A stretch of DNA of 64,000 nt from an uncultured Gemmatimonadales bacterium (GCA_963741945.1 CAVUKA010000001.1:352001-416000); one strand, 5' to 3'. Positions 7,464-19,285 are shown, counted from the first letter of the stretch. The notes: generated by a model not told the origin, from the letters alone. A program made the numbers and translations.

Positions 7464-8033
7464 CTACCCTCCGCCTTCCCCCCGGATCCGCTGCCAGAGC
7501 GAGGGCCTGGGCGCCGGCGGCGCCGGGGGCCAGTCGTCGCCGAGCACCACGGAAGCGTCGAGCACGAGCGTGCTGTCCACGGCCGTGGCGACGGAGTCGA
7601 TGCCCAGGGCTGCGGCCACGGCGCGGGCGCGGACGCCATCCCCCACGCGGTCCAGGACCACGCTGGCGTCGTGGTCGAAGCGGCCCGCGTTTCCGAAGAA
7701 GACCACGTCGAAGCCATCGGCCCGCAGGAGGCGGGTGGCATCGAGGGCGAGGCCGCCCCGGCCGGAGCCGTTGAGCACTTCCACGCGGACGTGGCCGAGC
7801 GCGGGATCGATGGGCTGGACGGCGGGGAGCGGCGCCGGGGGATCCGCGACGTGGCTGGCGGCTGCGCCCGGCGCGACATCGTCGTCCTCCCCATCGATGC
7901 CGGCGATGGCGGAGACGATGAAGGCCAGCACCAGCGCGGCGACCACGGCCAGGCCAATGCTGATGCCGCCGGAAGCGCGGGCAGCGCGGCCGCCGCCCGG
8001 CCCGTGTTTCCCGCCCCGCCTACGGCCGGCCAT
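7464..8033 (-). CDS. LytR C-terminal domain membrane protein
   Basis: TM helix, then VRVEVLNGSGRGGLA...GFDVV..GNA...VVLGDD pattern. Confidence 0.8.
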   Translation of the reverse strand: MAGRRRGGKHGPGGGRAARASGGISIGLAVVAALVLAFIVSAIAGIDGEDDDVAPGAAASHVADPPAPLPAVQPIDPALGHVRVEVLNGSGRGGLALDATRLLRADGFDVVFFGNAGRFDHDASVVLDRVGDGVRARAVAAALGIDSVATAVDSTLVLDASVVLGDDWPPAPPAPRPSLWQRIRGEGGG

Positions 8034-8601
8034 CGAGCATTGCGTTCCAGAACGCCAGGGTCTGGGGCATGAGGGGTCGGCCTTTCATCAGGGAGCGCCC
8101 GATGCGGTGCGCGGCCACCTCGCGCAGGACGGCGTCCATGTCCGCGGGCACGCGTTCCCGCCATTCCGCGAGCTGTTCCGTCTCGTACTCGCGACCGGGC
8201 TCGGTGTAGTCGGCCAGGTAGAGCGCCTTGCCGAGCGGGCCGAAGTTCTCGTGGCCGAGCGTGTGCCAGGTGATGGCGAGCAGCAGCTCCTGGTCCTCGA
8301 CGCCGTCCCGCCTCAGCCGTTCGGCGGCGGCCGGCCCGTGGAGCAGCTTTCCGGGGGCGTCCTTGAACTCCAGCGGGACCAGCGCCCGGATCTGCTCGGG
8401 ATCGGCGTCATGGAGGGAGTCGTGGAGCAGCCCGGCGGCGCGCCAGCGGGCGACGTCGTCCTCGTCGAGATCCCGGGACCTCGCCCACTCCTCCAGCAGG
8501 TCCGCCACGCGGCCCACGTGCGCGCGCCGCTTCTCCTTCTTCACGCGGGCCCAGTCGGGGAGAACCCCGTCGGCCGCGCGCGCCAGTGCGGGGTGCAGCA
8601 C
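8020..8601 (-). CDS. HD-domain hydrolase (YqeK-like Ap4A hydrolase)
   Basis: H..RV, AGLLHD, LLHGPAAA, WHTLG, LYLADYTEPGR motifs. Confidence 0.8.
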   Translation of the reverse strand: MLHPALARAADGVLPDWARVKKEKRRAHVGRVADLLEEWARSRDLDEDDVARWRAAGLLHDSLHDADPEQIRALVPLEFKDAPGKLLHGPAAAERLRRDGVEDQELLLAITWHTLGHENFGPLGKALYLADYTEPGREYETEQLAEWRERVPADMDAVLREVAAHRIGRSLMKGRPLMPQTLAFWNAMLDGRP

Positions 8602-8607
8602 GGTGAT

Positions 8608-9006
8608 CTACGTCGGCTCGATGCGGAGGGTGCTCCCCGCCCGCTCGCCGGAGTCCGTCTCCCGGATTCGATTGTTCGGGTCCACGAACACGATGCGCGG
8701 GCGGAAGCCATCGAGCTCGGCCTCGTCGAGCTCGGCGTACGACATGATGATGACCTTGTCGCCCGGCTGGACGAGGCGCGCGGCGGCGCCGTTCAGGACC
8801 ACGTCGCCGGAGCCCTCCGCCCCGCGGATCACGTACGTCTCGAAGCGGGCGCCGTTGTCGATGTCCACCACGTGCACCTTCTCGTACTCCAGGACGTCCG
8901 CGGCCGCCATGAGCATGGGGTCGAGCGTGATGGAGCCCTCGTAGGCGAGGTCCGCGTCCGTCACGGTGGCCCGGTGGATCTTGGATTTGCACATGCTTCG
9001 CCGCAT
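8608..9006 (-). CDS. panD: Aspartate 1-decarboxylase
   Basis: [16 protein letters not shown] autocleavage site, NGARFETY. Confidence 0.97.
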   Translation of the reverse strand: MRRSMCKSKIHRATVTDADLAYEGSITLDPMLMAAADVLEYEKVHVVDIDNGARFETYVIRGAEGSGDVVLNGAAARLVQPGDKVIIMSYAELDEAELDGFRPRIVFVDPNNRIRETDSGERAGSTLRIEPT

Positions 9007-9013
9007 GCCGCCC

Positions 9014-9895
<882 letters not shown>

Positions 9896-9911
9896 GGGCG
9901 ATCTCCGACGG

Positions 9912-10730
9912 TCAGTGGGAGTGCTCGGGACCCGGGTACTCGCCAGCGCGGACGGCCGCCGCGTACTCGCCCACGCCGCGCTTCGCCTCCTTCGCCAGCT
10001 CGGCGAAGCGGCGGAGGAACCTGGGCTTGAACGTGTCGTTCAGGCCGAGCATGTCGGGGAGGACCAGCACCTGTCCGTCACAGTGGGGCCCGGCCCCGAT
10101 GCCGATGGTGGGCACCGGCGAAGACGCGGTCAGCTCCTTCGCCAGGTCGGCCGGCAGCAGCTCGAGCACGATGGCGAACGCGCCGGCCTGCGCGAGCCCG
10201 GTCACCTCCCGGCGGAGGCGCTCGGCCGCCACGTCGTCGCGGCCCTGGACGCGGTAGCCGCCCAGCGCGTGCACGGACTGCGGCGTCAGCCCGATGTGGC
10301 CCATGACCGCGATGCCGGCATCCACCAGACGGGCGACGTGCTCACACGCCCGCTCGCTCCCGCCCTCCATCTTCACCGCCTCCGCGCCCGTCTCCTTGAG
10401 CACGCGGCCGCAATTGCGGATCGTGTCCTCGGGCGAGACCTGGAACGTGAGGAACGGCATGTCCACAACCAGCAGCGCGTCCTTCACGCCCCGGCGCACG
10501 GCAGCGCCGTGGTGGATCATGTCTTCGAGGGTGACGGGAACGGTGGAGTCGTAGCCGAGCATGACCTGCCCGAGGGAGTCGCCCACCAGGACGATGTCGA
10601 CGCCCGCCTCGTCGACCAGGCGGGCGAACAGGTAGTCGTAAGCAGTGAGCGCGACGATCTTCTCGCCGCGCTCCTTCATCTCCAGCAGCCGCCGCACCGT
10701 GGTGCGCTTGCGTGCCGATCCCGTGCTCAT
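9912..10730 (-). CDS. panB: 3-methyl-2-oxobutanoate hydroxymethyltransferase
   Basis: LTAYD, LVGDSLG, KMEGG, GHIGLTPQ, DGQVLV. Confidence 0.97.
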   Translation of the reverse strand: MSTGSARKRTTVRRLLEMKERGEKIVALTAYDYLFARLVDEAGVDIVLVGDSLGQVMLGYDSTVPVTLEDMIHHGAAVRRGVKDALLVVDMPFLTFQVSPEDTIRNCGRVLKETGAEAVKMEGGSERACEHVARLVDAGIAVMGHIGLTPQSVHALGGYRVQGRDDVAAERLRREVTGLAQAGAFAIVLELLPADLAKELTASSPVPTIGIGAGPHCDGQVLVLPDMLGLNDTFKPRFLRRFAELAKEAKRGVGEYAAAVRAGEYPGPEHSH

Positions 10731-10793
10731 GGGGCGGAAACCCGCGTAGTGTCGAGGTTTGACTGCGGTCGAAGCTAGATCCACTTTCGAAGC

Positions 10794-12465
10794 GTGTCAA
10801 ACCTGATCCGCTACGACTCGCTCCTGGTCCACTACCTCGCCCGCGAGCTCGACGAGCGCTTGCGCGCCCGTCGCCTGAAGAGCGTGTGGATGGATCACGG
10901 CAGCCGCCGGGTCGTGCTCGATCTCGATGATGCGGCGCTCATCTGGGACCTCCATCCGGAGCGGGGCTGGCTCCGGGAAGCCAGCGGCGATGCCGGTTCG
11001 GAAACCGCCCGCGGACCGGGGGCCCGGAAGATCGCGACCCAGCGCAGGCCCCGGGTGCGCGGGGTCTCGGCCCCGCCGGACGAGCGGACGCTGGAGATCG
11101 CCATCGACGCGGGAGGGGCCGGCCGGGCATCGCGACTGGTGCTCGAGCTCATGACCAACCAGTGGAACCTGCTGGCACTGGATCCCGATGGCTGGGTCGT
11201 GGCCGCGCTCTGGACCCGCACGGCGGGGGAGCGCCACCTCCGTTCCGGAATCCGCTACGTCCCGCCCTCGCCCGTGCGCCGGCGCGGGATCGATTCTCCG
11301 CTGCCGGAGCGTGCGTTCCGGGACCTGCTGGCGAGCGTGGAGCCGGAATTCCGGATGAGGGCGCTGGTGCGCGACGTCGCATGGACGAGCCCCATCAACG
11401 CCGCGTCCATCCTGGGGGAGGCGAGCGGCCATGCGGACGCCGGCCACCTTTCGGACGCGTGGGAGCGCTACGCGGCCCTCGCCGCCCGCCCGGAAGCTTC
11501 ACCGCAGCTGATCGAACGGGAGTCTCCACTGCCGTATCCGCTCCCGCTCCCCGGCGTGGCATCGAGGCCGCAGCCTTCGCTGCTGGCCGCGTTCGAATCG
11601 GTGACATCGACGGCGGGGTCCGCGGGCGTGGCGCCCGAAGTCCGGGCCGCGCTGGCGGCCGAGCTGGAGAAAGTGGCGCGGCGCGCGCTCCGGTTGCGGG
11701 CGGACGCGGAAGCGGCGCCGGAGGACGCGGTGCGGCTGCGCAGGGAAGCCGACCTCCTCATGGCGCAGCTCCACAGGGTCCAGCGCAGCGATGCGTCCGT
11801 GGAGCTGGACGATTTCGAGGGGGGGACCGTGACCCTGTCGCTCGATCCGGCGCGCACGGCCGCTGAGAACGCACAGGTGATGTACGAGCGCGCCAGGCGG
11901 CGGGAGCGGGCGGCCGCGAGGCTGCCGGAGCGGGTGCGGGCGGCCGTGGCGGAGCAGAACCGGCTCGAGTCGCTGCTGGAGTCCATCGACGCGGGGGATG
12001 CCGACCCCGCCGACGTGGCGCGGTGGGCGGCCCAGGCCATGCCGGCGGACGGCGGGCGGCAGGGCACCGGCGGGGAACAGGTCCCGTACCACCGTTTCAG
12101 AAGCTCGGGCGGGCTGGAGATCCGGGTCGGCCGGAGCGGTGGCGGGAACGACGAGCTGACCTTCCACCACTCGTCGCCCGACGACATCTCGGCTTCACGC
12201 CCGCGACAACGCCGGCGCGCACGTGATCCTGCGCTGGCCCGAGCGGAGCCAGAACCCGCCCCGGCGCGACCTGGTGGAAGCAGCGGTGCTGGCCGCACTG
12301 AACAGCCGCGCCCGGGGCTCGGCCACCGTCCCGGTGGACTGGACGCGCCGGAAGCACGTGCGAAAGCCGCGAAAGGCACCGCCGGGCCTGGTGATCCCGG
12401 AGCGGGTGACCACGATCTTCGTGCGGCCGGATCCATCGCTGCCGGATCGGCTGTCGCGGGAGTAG
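10794..12465 (+). pseudogene. rqcH: RqcH/NFACT ribosome quality-control protein, frameshifted at ~12190 (or assembly error)
   Basis: NFACT-N, coiled coil, IRVGRS...ND.LTF; continues in another frame as WLHAR..AGAHVILR...VDWTRRKHVRKPRKAPPGLV to TAG 12465. Confidence 0.8.
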
Positions 12466-12539
12466 GTCCCGCCGGGGATCGTCGGGGCCGCCACGGTGGA
12501 ACGCCCCGCGGCCACCGCGGCGGGGCGGCGGCCGCTCTT

Positions 12540-13328
12540 TTATGCTCCGGAGCCCGTCGGCAGGGCGGCGCGCAGCGATGCGACGAAGTCCGCCGCGCCA
12601 CGGATGCCGCGCTCGCGGAGCGCTTCGATCAGGGCGCTCCCCACCACCACCCCGTCGGCCATCCCCGCCACGGACGCGGCCTGCTCGGGCGTCGCGATGC
12701 CGAAGCCCACCACCACGGGGACCGAAGCGGCCAGACGGATCGGCGCGAGCTCATCGGCCAGCTCCCGTCGCAGATCCGTGGTACCGCCAGTGACACCCGT
12801 GCGCGAGATGTAGTACAGGAACCCCTGCGCGCGCTCGGCGATCCGGATGGCGCGGGCCGCGGGCGTGGTGGGCGCAATGAGCCGCACGAGCGCGAGCGGC
12901 GAGTCCTCGAACGAGCGCTCCAGCGCGGGGTCCTCCCCCAGCGGGAGGTCCGTGACCAGCACGCCGTCGGCACCGGCCGCGACCGCATCGGCCAGGAACC
13001 GCTCGACGCCGTATCGGAAGATCGGGTTCAGATACGAGAACAGCACCACGGGCGTATCGACGTCCCGCCGCCGGAATTCCGCGAGCGACTGGAGCGTGGC
13101 CGGGAGGGAGCCGCCGGCCTCAAGCGCGGCCTGGGAGCTGGCCTGGATGGTGGGGCCATCGGCGAGCGGGTCGCTGAACGGGACGCCCAGCTCGATGATG
13201 TCGGCGCCCGCGCTCGCCACGGCGGCCATGAGGTCGGGCGTGGCGGCGGGCGAAGGGAATCCGGCAGTGACGTAGGGGACGAGGAGCGGACGTGCTCCCG
13301 GTCCGCGACGCCCGAGCCGGGCGGTCAT
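12540..13328 (-). CDS. trpA: Tryptophan synthase alpha chain
   Basis: IELGVPFSDPLADGPTIQ, YYISRTGVTG, VGFGI, VVVGSA. Confidence 0.96.
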   Translation of the reverse strand: MTARLGRRGPGARPLLVPYVTAGFPSPAATPDLMAAVASAGADIIELGVPFSDPLADGPTIQASSQAALEAGGSLPATLQSLAEFRRRDVDTPVVLFSYLNPIFRYGVERFLADAVAAGADGVLVTDLPLGEDPALERSFEDSPLALVRLIAPTTPAARAIRIAERAQGFLYYISRTGVTGGTTDLRRELADELAPIRLAASVPVVVGFGIATPEQAASVAGMADGVVVGSALIEALRERGIRGAADFVASLRAALPTGSGA

Positions 13329-13335
13329 GCGCGTG

Positions 13336-14778
13336 TCAGAGGAAGTAGGCGCCAATGTCGATTCCGTATCGAGCGGGGTTCGTGGTCTTGATGATCTGTC
13401 GCGGCGGCTGCCCGGGCGCCGGATCGGCCCCCAGGTTCACGGTGATCGGCTCCGTGATGGGCATGCCGCTGGCGTCGTAGATGATCTTGATCAAGGGCTG
13501 GTGGATCTTCGTCGGATCGGGGTTCGCGCCCGTGACCACGGCCATCTCGTACGTATCCAGGATCACCAGCGTGCCCACGGGGAAGATCCCGGTGACGTTG
13601 ATCATCGCTTTCACCAGGAGCGGGTCGTATCCCCGCTTCGGGTTGTCCCGCATCTCCTGCAGCGCGTCCTCCGGCCGCCACGCCCCGTCCATGTAGACGC
13701 GCTGGGTCGTGGCCGCATCGAACCCGTCGGCCACCGCCACGATCCGGCTGAAGAGCGTGGGACGACGCGGCCGCTGGTTCTTCGGGTAGCCGGAGAGGTC
13801 GCGCTTCATGTGGTGCTCGTACGCCATGAGCATGGCGCGGAACGGCACCTCGCCGAAGCCGTGCATGTTGAAGAGGGCCAGCAACCCCTCGGTGGTGTGC
13901 TGCTGCATCGCCCGGAACTCGGCATCCGTGAGCGGGTCCGTCTTGTTCGTGATCGCGGGGTCGACCCGCATCTTCCCGATGTCGTGGAAGAGGGCGCCGA
14001 GGCCCAGCTCGAACAGCTGGCGCTTGTCCAGCCCCAGCTTCTGGCCCAGCACCACGCTGAAGATGCAGACGTTCACGCAGTGGGTGAACGTGTAGTCGTC
14101 GTACTCGCGCAGCGCGGTCATGCCCATCATGGACGTCTCGTTGTTGAGCACCTGGTCCACGATGGACTGCACGGCCCGCTTCACCCGGCGCGCGTTGACG
14201 CTCTTCCCGAGACGCGTGTCCGCAAGGACCGTCTTCACCACTTCCACGGTCTGGAAATACGCCCGCTTCGCCGCTTCCTTGCTCTGGCTGTCCGTCTCAT
14301 CGAGCGCCGCGCGCTCCCGCTCCGGCCCCACTTCAATGTGCTGCACCGGAGTGGCATCGAAGCGGCGGAGGAAATCGTCGTAGGCTTCGTCCTCCGAGGC
14401 GGGCTTCTCCAGCAGGAGCGAGAGGAAGGGCGGCCACTCCGGGCGCGCGACGCCGGGGTGGATCTGGACCGCGCCGACCCGGTGGCGGTTCAGCGCGTTC
14501 GACAGGAGCGAGAAGGCGGCGTACGTGGACAGGTCCAGGCGGATCCGCACGTCATTGATGAAGATGAAGTCGCCGACCAGGCCGATGTCGACCGCCTCCT
14601 CTCGCTCAAGCAACGCCGTGGCGGCCGCGTGCAGATCGTCCAGCGCCTTCTGGACGGTCTGGTTCTCGAGGGGGAAGAGCTTGAGCGCCTGGAGCGCGGC
14701 GTAGAACGTCCCCAGGAGCGAGCGCCCTGTCTTCTGGAGTGCGGCCGTGCTGTCGACGGTGTAGCTGGGTGCACTCAT
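13336..14778 (-). CDS. HD-GYP domain protein (putative cyclic-dinucleotide phosphodiesterase)
   Basis: YTFTHCVNV, FHDIGK, EHH....SGYP, IVAVADGFDA; ATGA overlap with the HEAT gene. Confidence 0.88.
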   Translation of the reverse strand: MSAPSYTVDSTAALQKTGRSLLGTFYAALQALKLFPLENQTVQKALDDLHAAATALLEREEAVDIGLVGDFIFINDVRIRLDLSTYAAFSLLSNALNRHRVGAVQIHPGVARPEWPPFLSLLLEKPASEDEAYDDFLRRFDATPVQHIEVGPERERAALDETDSQSKEAAKRAYFQTVEVVKTVLADTRLGKSVNARRVKRAVQSIVDQVLNNETSMMGMTALREYDDYTFTHCVNVCIFSVVLGQKLGLDKRQLFELGLGALFHDIGKMRVDPAITNKTDPLTDAEFRAMQQHTTEGLLALFNMHGFGEVPFRAMLMAYEHHMKRDLSGYPKNQRPRRPTLFSRIVAVADGFDAATTQRVYMDGAWRPEDALQEMRDNPKRGYDPLLVKAMINVTGIFPVGTLVILDTYEMAVVTGANPDPTKIHQPLIKIIYDASGMPITEPITVNLGADPAPGQPPRQIIKTTNPARYGIDIGAYFL

Positions 14779-16541
14779 CCGGCCAATGCCTCCCGGCGGA
14801 GCGCCCGTATGACGGCGTTCCTCACGATGGGATCGTCGTCTTCCCTCGACCGCTGCAGCGCCTCGCGGGCCGCGGCCGTGCCCGCCTCCCCCAGCGCCAG
14901 CGCCGCGCACGCCCGTTCTTCCGTGGGGCTCCGGCGTCCGAGGAATCCGCGGTCGTTCAGGATGCCGGCCATGCGCGATACCGCCCCGCTGCCGCCCACG
15001 GCGCCGTAGGCCTGGAAGAAGGCCATCTTCTCGGTCAGGTCGGCATCCCGGAGCCGGCGGCCATCGATGACTTCGGCCAGCGCCTCGCGCGCGGAGGCGA
15101 AGCGCAGCTCGCGGAGCGCGTTGGCGGCCGCGATGCGGACTTCGCGGTCCTCGTCGTCGAGGGCGCGGGCGAGCGCCTGGAGCGCGGGCGTCAGGCGCAT
15201 GTCCACCAGCGCCCGGACCACGGCGAGTCGAACATCACGATCCGGGTGCTCGAGGGCCCCCGCCAGCCCCGGCACCGCCTCCGCGAGCCGGGTGCGCCCG
15301 GCGGCGCGGGCAGCGCCGGCCACGATGCTGGCCTCGTCGCTCGCGAGCAGCCGGTTGACCTCGGCCGGGTGGCGGGCCGCGAGGCCGTTGATGGCGGAGG
15401 CGAGCCGGTGCTCGACACCGGCGTTCTGCGTCAGCTCCGAGAACCGGATGAGCACCGGCATGGCGGACGCGTGGAGGCGGCTGAAAAAGAGGCCCACGTC
15501 CTCGGAATCCGGCGATACGGCGCCGTCCTCCAGTGCCTGGACGAACTGCTCGAGGACGCGCGGGTCGCTGAGCCGGGCGAACAGGCGCTCCACCTCCTCC
15601 GCCAGGTCGCCGGCAAGGGGCCCTCCCTCCGCGCCGAGCCGATGCAGCTCCTGGAGGACCAGCGTGGCCTCGTGCAGGTGACCGCGGCTGAGGAAGAGCG
15701 GGACGAGCTGGTTCAGGATGTCCAGAATCTCCGCCTGCCGCTCCGGCCACTCCCGCTCCTCCAGCCGGTCGAACAGCGCGCTCAGGACGTCGACCCGGAG
15801 ATTTCGCTCCGCCTCCAGCGCCACTTCCTCGCGCAGGCTGGCCATCTCCCGCTCCTCCAGGAAATAGACCGTCTCATCGAAGTCCTCGCGCGTCAGCCCG
15901 GGCGCGCCCGGCGGCGGCGCCCCTCCCTGCGCTGTCTGGCCGGCTGGCGCGTCGGCCGGAGAAACGACATCCAGCTGCAGGTCCAGGGAGAGCGACGACC
16001 GGTCCACCGCGGGCGGCTGGTCCGTGTAGCCCGAGTCGGGGACGTCCAGCCCGTCCACCAGGAGGTCGACGTAGCCGTACTGGAGGCCCTCGATCTCCTG
16101 CTCCCACAGGATGGTGATGATGTCTTCAGCCTCGGCGTCGCGCCGCGTGGAACGCGTGAGGGCGTCCAGGAATCTCCCCACCTCGTTCTCGAACCCCGGC
16201 AGGAACTTCAGACTCCGGATGCCATCCTTGTAGAGCGCGAAGGAGAGCGACTCGCGCCCTTTGCCGATCCGGAACACCCCGCCACCGTAGCGGAAGCCGT
16301 CTTCGGTGACGCCGAGCTCCAGGGAATCCGCGCGCTCCCACACCTGGCGGAAGGAATCCCGGAGCAGGTCCTGGAAGCGGTGGAAGACCGGGTTGTTCGC
16401 CCGGTACATGTTGAAGGCACGCTGGGCCTTGGCCATGTTGGAGAGCAGAGCTTCGACCTCCTGCGCCGGCAGCGCGGGATCGTCGAGATCCGCAGTATCG
16501 AGCTGGGGCACGTTCTCCACCTCGCGCTCGTCTCCCTCCAA
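14775..16541 (-). CDS. HEAT-repeat protein
   Basis: C-terminal repeats L.HPDRDVRLAVVRAL, LDDEDREVRIAAANAL, DDPIVRNAV; N-terminal MY..N.P motif. Confidence 0.8.
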   Translation of the reverse strand: MEGDEREVENVPQLDTADLDDPALPAQEVEALLSNMAKAQRAFNMYRANNPVFHRFQDLLRDSFRQVWERADSLELGVTEDGFRYGGGVFRIGKGRESLSFALYKDGIRSLKFLPGFENEVGRFLDALTRSTRRDAEAEDIITILWEQEIEGLQYGYVDLLVDGLDVPDSGYTDQPPAVDRSSLSLDLQLDVVSPADAPAGQTAQGGAPPPGAPGLTREDFDETVYFLEEREMASLREEVALEAERNLRVDVLSALFDRLEEREWPERQAEILDILNQLVPLFLSRGHLHEATLVLQELHRLGAEGGPLAGDLAEEVERLFARLSDPRVLEQFVQALEDGAVSPDSEDVGLFFSRLHASAMPVLIRFSELTQNAGVEHRLASAINGLAARHPAEVNRLLASDEASIVAGAARAAGRTRLAEAVPGLAGALEHPDRDVRLAVVRALVDMRLTPALQALARALDDEDREVRIAAANALRELRFASAREALAEVIDGRRLRDADLTEKMAFFQAYGAVGGSGAVSRMAGILNDRGFLGRRSPTEERACAALALGEAGTAAAREALQRSREDDDPIVRNAVIRALRREALAG

Positions 16542-16547
16542 CGGTTC

Positions 16548-17741
16548 CTAGTCGACCGACCCGGCCTCCACGACCTGGGCCACGTCCTTGTCGCCGCGGC
16601 CGCTCAAGTTGACGACCACGGGGCCCGCACCGGCCCACGCCCTTCCCTCCCGGAGCAGGAACGCCACCGCGTGCGCACTCTCCAGCGCCGGGATGATCCC
16701 CTCCAGGCGGGCTACACGGTGGAACGCGTCCAGCGCCTCCGCGTCATCCACGGCCACGTACCGGGCTCGCCCCGTCTCCCGCAGATGCGCGTGCTCCGGC
16801 CCCACGCCAGGGTAGTCCAGCCCCGCCGACACGGAATGCGCCGGGGCCACCTGGCCCGCTTCGTCCTGCAGCAGGAAGCTCAGTGAACCATGAAGAACGC
16901 CGGGCGTTCCGGCCGCGAGCGACGCCGCGTGCCGCCCCGTCGCCAGCCCGTCGCCAGCCGCCTCGACCCCCACCAGCTCGACGGCGTCATCCGGCACGAA
17001 CGCGTGGAAGATCCCCATGGCATTCGAGCCACCCCCCACGCACGCGACCACGGCGGCGGGCAGCCGCCCCGTGCGCTCCAGCAGCTGCTCACGCGTTTCC
17101 AGGCCGATCACGGCCTGGAAGTCGCGCACCATGCGCGGATACGGGTCTGGACCCACCACGGATCCAATAATGTAATGCGTGTCACGGACGTTCGTCACCC
17201 AATCGCGGATCGCTTCGTTCGTCGCGTCCTTCAACGTGCGGGTGCCCGAGCGCACCGGCCGCACCTCGGCGCCCAGCATCTCCATTCGCACCACGTTCAG
17301 CGCCTGGCGGCGCATGTCCTCCTCGCCCATGTAAACGACGCACTCCAGGCCGAAAAGGGCACAGACCGTGGCCGTGGCCACTCCGTGCTGCCCCGCCCCG
17401 GTCTCCGCGATGATCCGCCGCTTCCCCATGCGCCGCGCCAGCAGGACCTGCCCCAGCGTATTGTTGATCTTGTGCGCCCCCGTGTGGTTCAGGTCCTCCC
17501 GCTTGAGCCAGAGCTCGCACCCCGCCGCCTCTCCCAGGCGCTCCGCGCGGTAGAGCGGCGACGGCCGGCCCACGTAGTCCCGCAGCAGCCCCGCCAGCTC
17601 ACGGCCATAGTCCGCGTCGCCCAGCGCCGCCGCGTAGGCCTCCGTCAGCTCGTCCAGCGCGGTGATCAACGTCTCGGGGACGTACCGCCCGCCGAACTGC
17701 CCGAACCGACCCCCATCCCCCGGCCTTCCCCGCTCCGCCAT
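16548..17741 (-). CDS. trpB: Tryptophan synthase beta chain
   Basis: [49 protein letters not shown]. Confidence 0.98.
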   Translation of the reverse strand: MAERGRPGDGGRFGQFGGRYVPETLITALDELTEAYAAALGDADYGRELAGLLRDYVGRPSPLYRAERLGEAAGCELWLKREDLNHTGAHKINNTLGQVLLARRMGKRRIIAETGAGQHGVATATVCALFGLECVVYMGEEDMRRQALNVVRMEMLGAEVRPVRSGTRTLKDATNEAIRDWVTNVRDTHYIIGSVVGPDPYPRMVRDFQAVIGLETREQLLERTGRLPAAVVACVGGGSNAMGIFHAFVPDDAVELVGVEAAGDGLATGRHAASLAAGTPGVLHGSLSFLLQDEAGQVAPAHSVSAGLDYPGVGPEHAHLRETGRARYVAVDDAEALDAFHRVARLEGIIPALESAHAVAFLLREGRAWAGAGPVVVNLSGRGDKDVAQVVEAGSVD

Positions 17742-17769
17742 TCCGCTCCCGCTCCCGTTCTCGTCGAAT

Positions 17770-18426
17770 CTAGACCGCGGCAGCCCGTGCCGCGGCAATG
17801 AACGCCCGCACCAGCGCAGGGTCCTTGCGCCCCACCAGCGACTCCACGCCGGAACTCACGTCCACGAGCGCCGGTCGGAAGCGACGGACCGCTGCGGCCA
17901 CGTTCTCCGGATCCAGCCCACCCGCCACCCCGACACGGACGTGCGCCGGCAGCCTGGCCATCCCGGCCGCCACTTCCGCCCAGTTGAACCGCGCCCCCAC
18001 ACCGCCGTGCCCGCGCGCGCTCCACCCCTCCACCAGCAGCAGATCCGCCTCCCCCCACCGGCGGGCGCCGTTCAGCAGCTCTTCCGCCGTGCTGGGCTTC
18101 ACCACCTTCCACACCGTCAGGCCCCGGGCGAGCAACGCCTCGACCTGCTCCGGCGGCTCCCTGCCGTGGAGCTGGACCACGTCGAGACCGAAATCCTCCG
18201 CCTCGGCCAGGATGATCCGCGTGGCCATGTCCACGTACACACCCACACGCCGGGCTCCCTCCGCCGCCGCGCAGATCCGCCGGACCAGCTCCGGCTTTCG
18301 CTCCCGCAGGCTGCCGGGAACACGGATCACCCCCACGTGCGTCGCGCCCGCCTCCACCGCGAGCGCCGCGTCGCCCGGGTCGCAGACACCGCAGATCTTC
18401 ACCTCGGGCACGACCTGCCCCGTCAC
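17770..18426 (-). CDS. trpF: Phosphoribosylanthranilate isomerase
   Basis: [26 protein letters not shown]. Confidence 0.93.
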   Translation of the reverse strand: MTGQVVPEVKICGVCDPGDAALAVEAGATHVGVIRVPGSLRERKPELVRRICAAAEGARRVGVYVDMATRIILAEAEDFGLDVVQLHGREPPEQVEALLARGLTVWKVVKPSTAEELLNGARRWGEADLLLVEGWSARGHGGVGARFNWAEVAAGMARLPAHVRVGVAGGLDPENVAAAVRRFRPALVDVSSGVESLVGRKDPALVRAFIAAARAAAV

Positions 18427-19280
18427 CCGCCGACCGACCCGCCGGCCGCGCCGGATCCAGGACCGGCCTCCCTGGCGTCCGCGCTCCCGCGGGCGGACCG
18501 GCGACGCGCATGGCCCGCCAGCCGTGCCACTGCCGCCATGGCGTCATCCGCCTTCACCACGCTCTCCCCCACCAGCACGGCGTCCACGCCGGCATCACCG
18601 AGCCGGGCCACATCCCCGGCCTCACGGATCCCGCTCTCCGCCACCAGGACCACGTCCGCCGGGACCGACGGCGCCAGCGACTCGCTCACCGACAGATCCG
18701 TTTCGAAGCGAGCCAGGTCCCTGTTGTTGATCCCCACCACCCGCGCCCCCGCCGCCAGTGCCCGCTCCACTTCCGCAGCATCGTGCGTCTCGACCAGCGC
18801 CATCATCCCGAGCTCGACCGTGAGCGACAGGAGGTCCCGCAGCGATCCGGACTCCAGCGCGCGCACGATCAGCAGCAGCGCGTCGGCGCCCATGGCACGT
18901 GACTCGTACACCTGCACCGGATCCACGATGAATTCCTTGCGCAGGACCGGCAGCGCCACGGCCCCGCGCACCGACTCCAGGTCCTCCCGCGATCCCCCGA
19001 AATGCGCCGCGTCCGTCAGCACGCTCACGGCCGCCGCACCCCCGTGCGCGTACATCGACGCCAGCCCGGCCGCGTTGAGATCGCGACGGATCCAGCCGGC
19101 CGACGGCGAGCGCCGCTTCACTTCCGCGATCACCGCCACCTCGTCGCCCGCCCGCAGCGCGCCCGCGAGATCCCTCGCCGGCGACGCCTCCTCCGCCTGC
19201 CGCCGAAGCGCCGCCTTCCACGGCGTCAGACGCCCCACTTCCGCCCGCTTCTCGCGCACGATCTGGTCGAGAATCGACAT
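18423..19280 (-). CDS. trpC: Indole-3-glycerol phosphate synthase
   Basis: IAEVKRRSPS, SVLTD, LRKEFI, GINNRDL, AESGI. Confidence 0.95.
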   Translation of the reverse strand: MSILDQIVREKRAEVGRLTPWKAALRRQAEEASPARDLAGALRAGDEVAVIAEVKRRSPSAGWIRRDLNAAGLASMYAHGGAAAVSVLTDAAHFGGSREDLESVRGAVALPVLRKEFIVDPVQVYESRAMGADALLLIVRALESGSLRDLLSLTVELGMMALVETHDAAEVERALAAGARVVGINNRDLARFETDLSVSESLAPSVPADVVLVAESGIREAGDVARLGDAGVDAVLVGESVVKADDAMAAVARLAGHARRRSARGSADAREAGPGSGAAGGSVGG

Positions 19281-19285
19281 GACCC

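Noticed and set aside
12466-13391. C-terminal extension of the 865-aa NFACT ORF
   Set aside because: Out-of-frame read-through after the 12190 frameshift, antisense to trpA.
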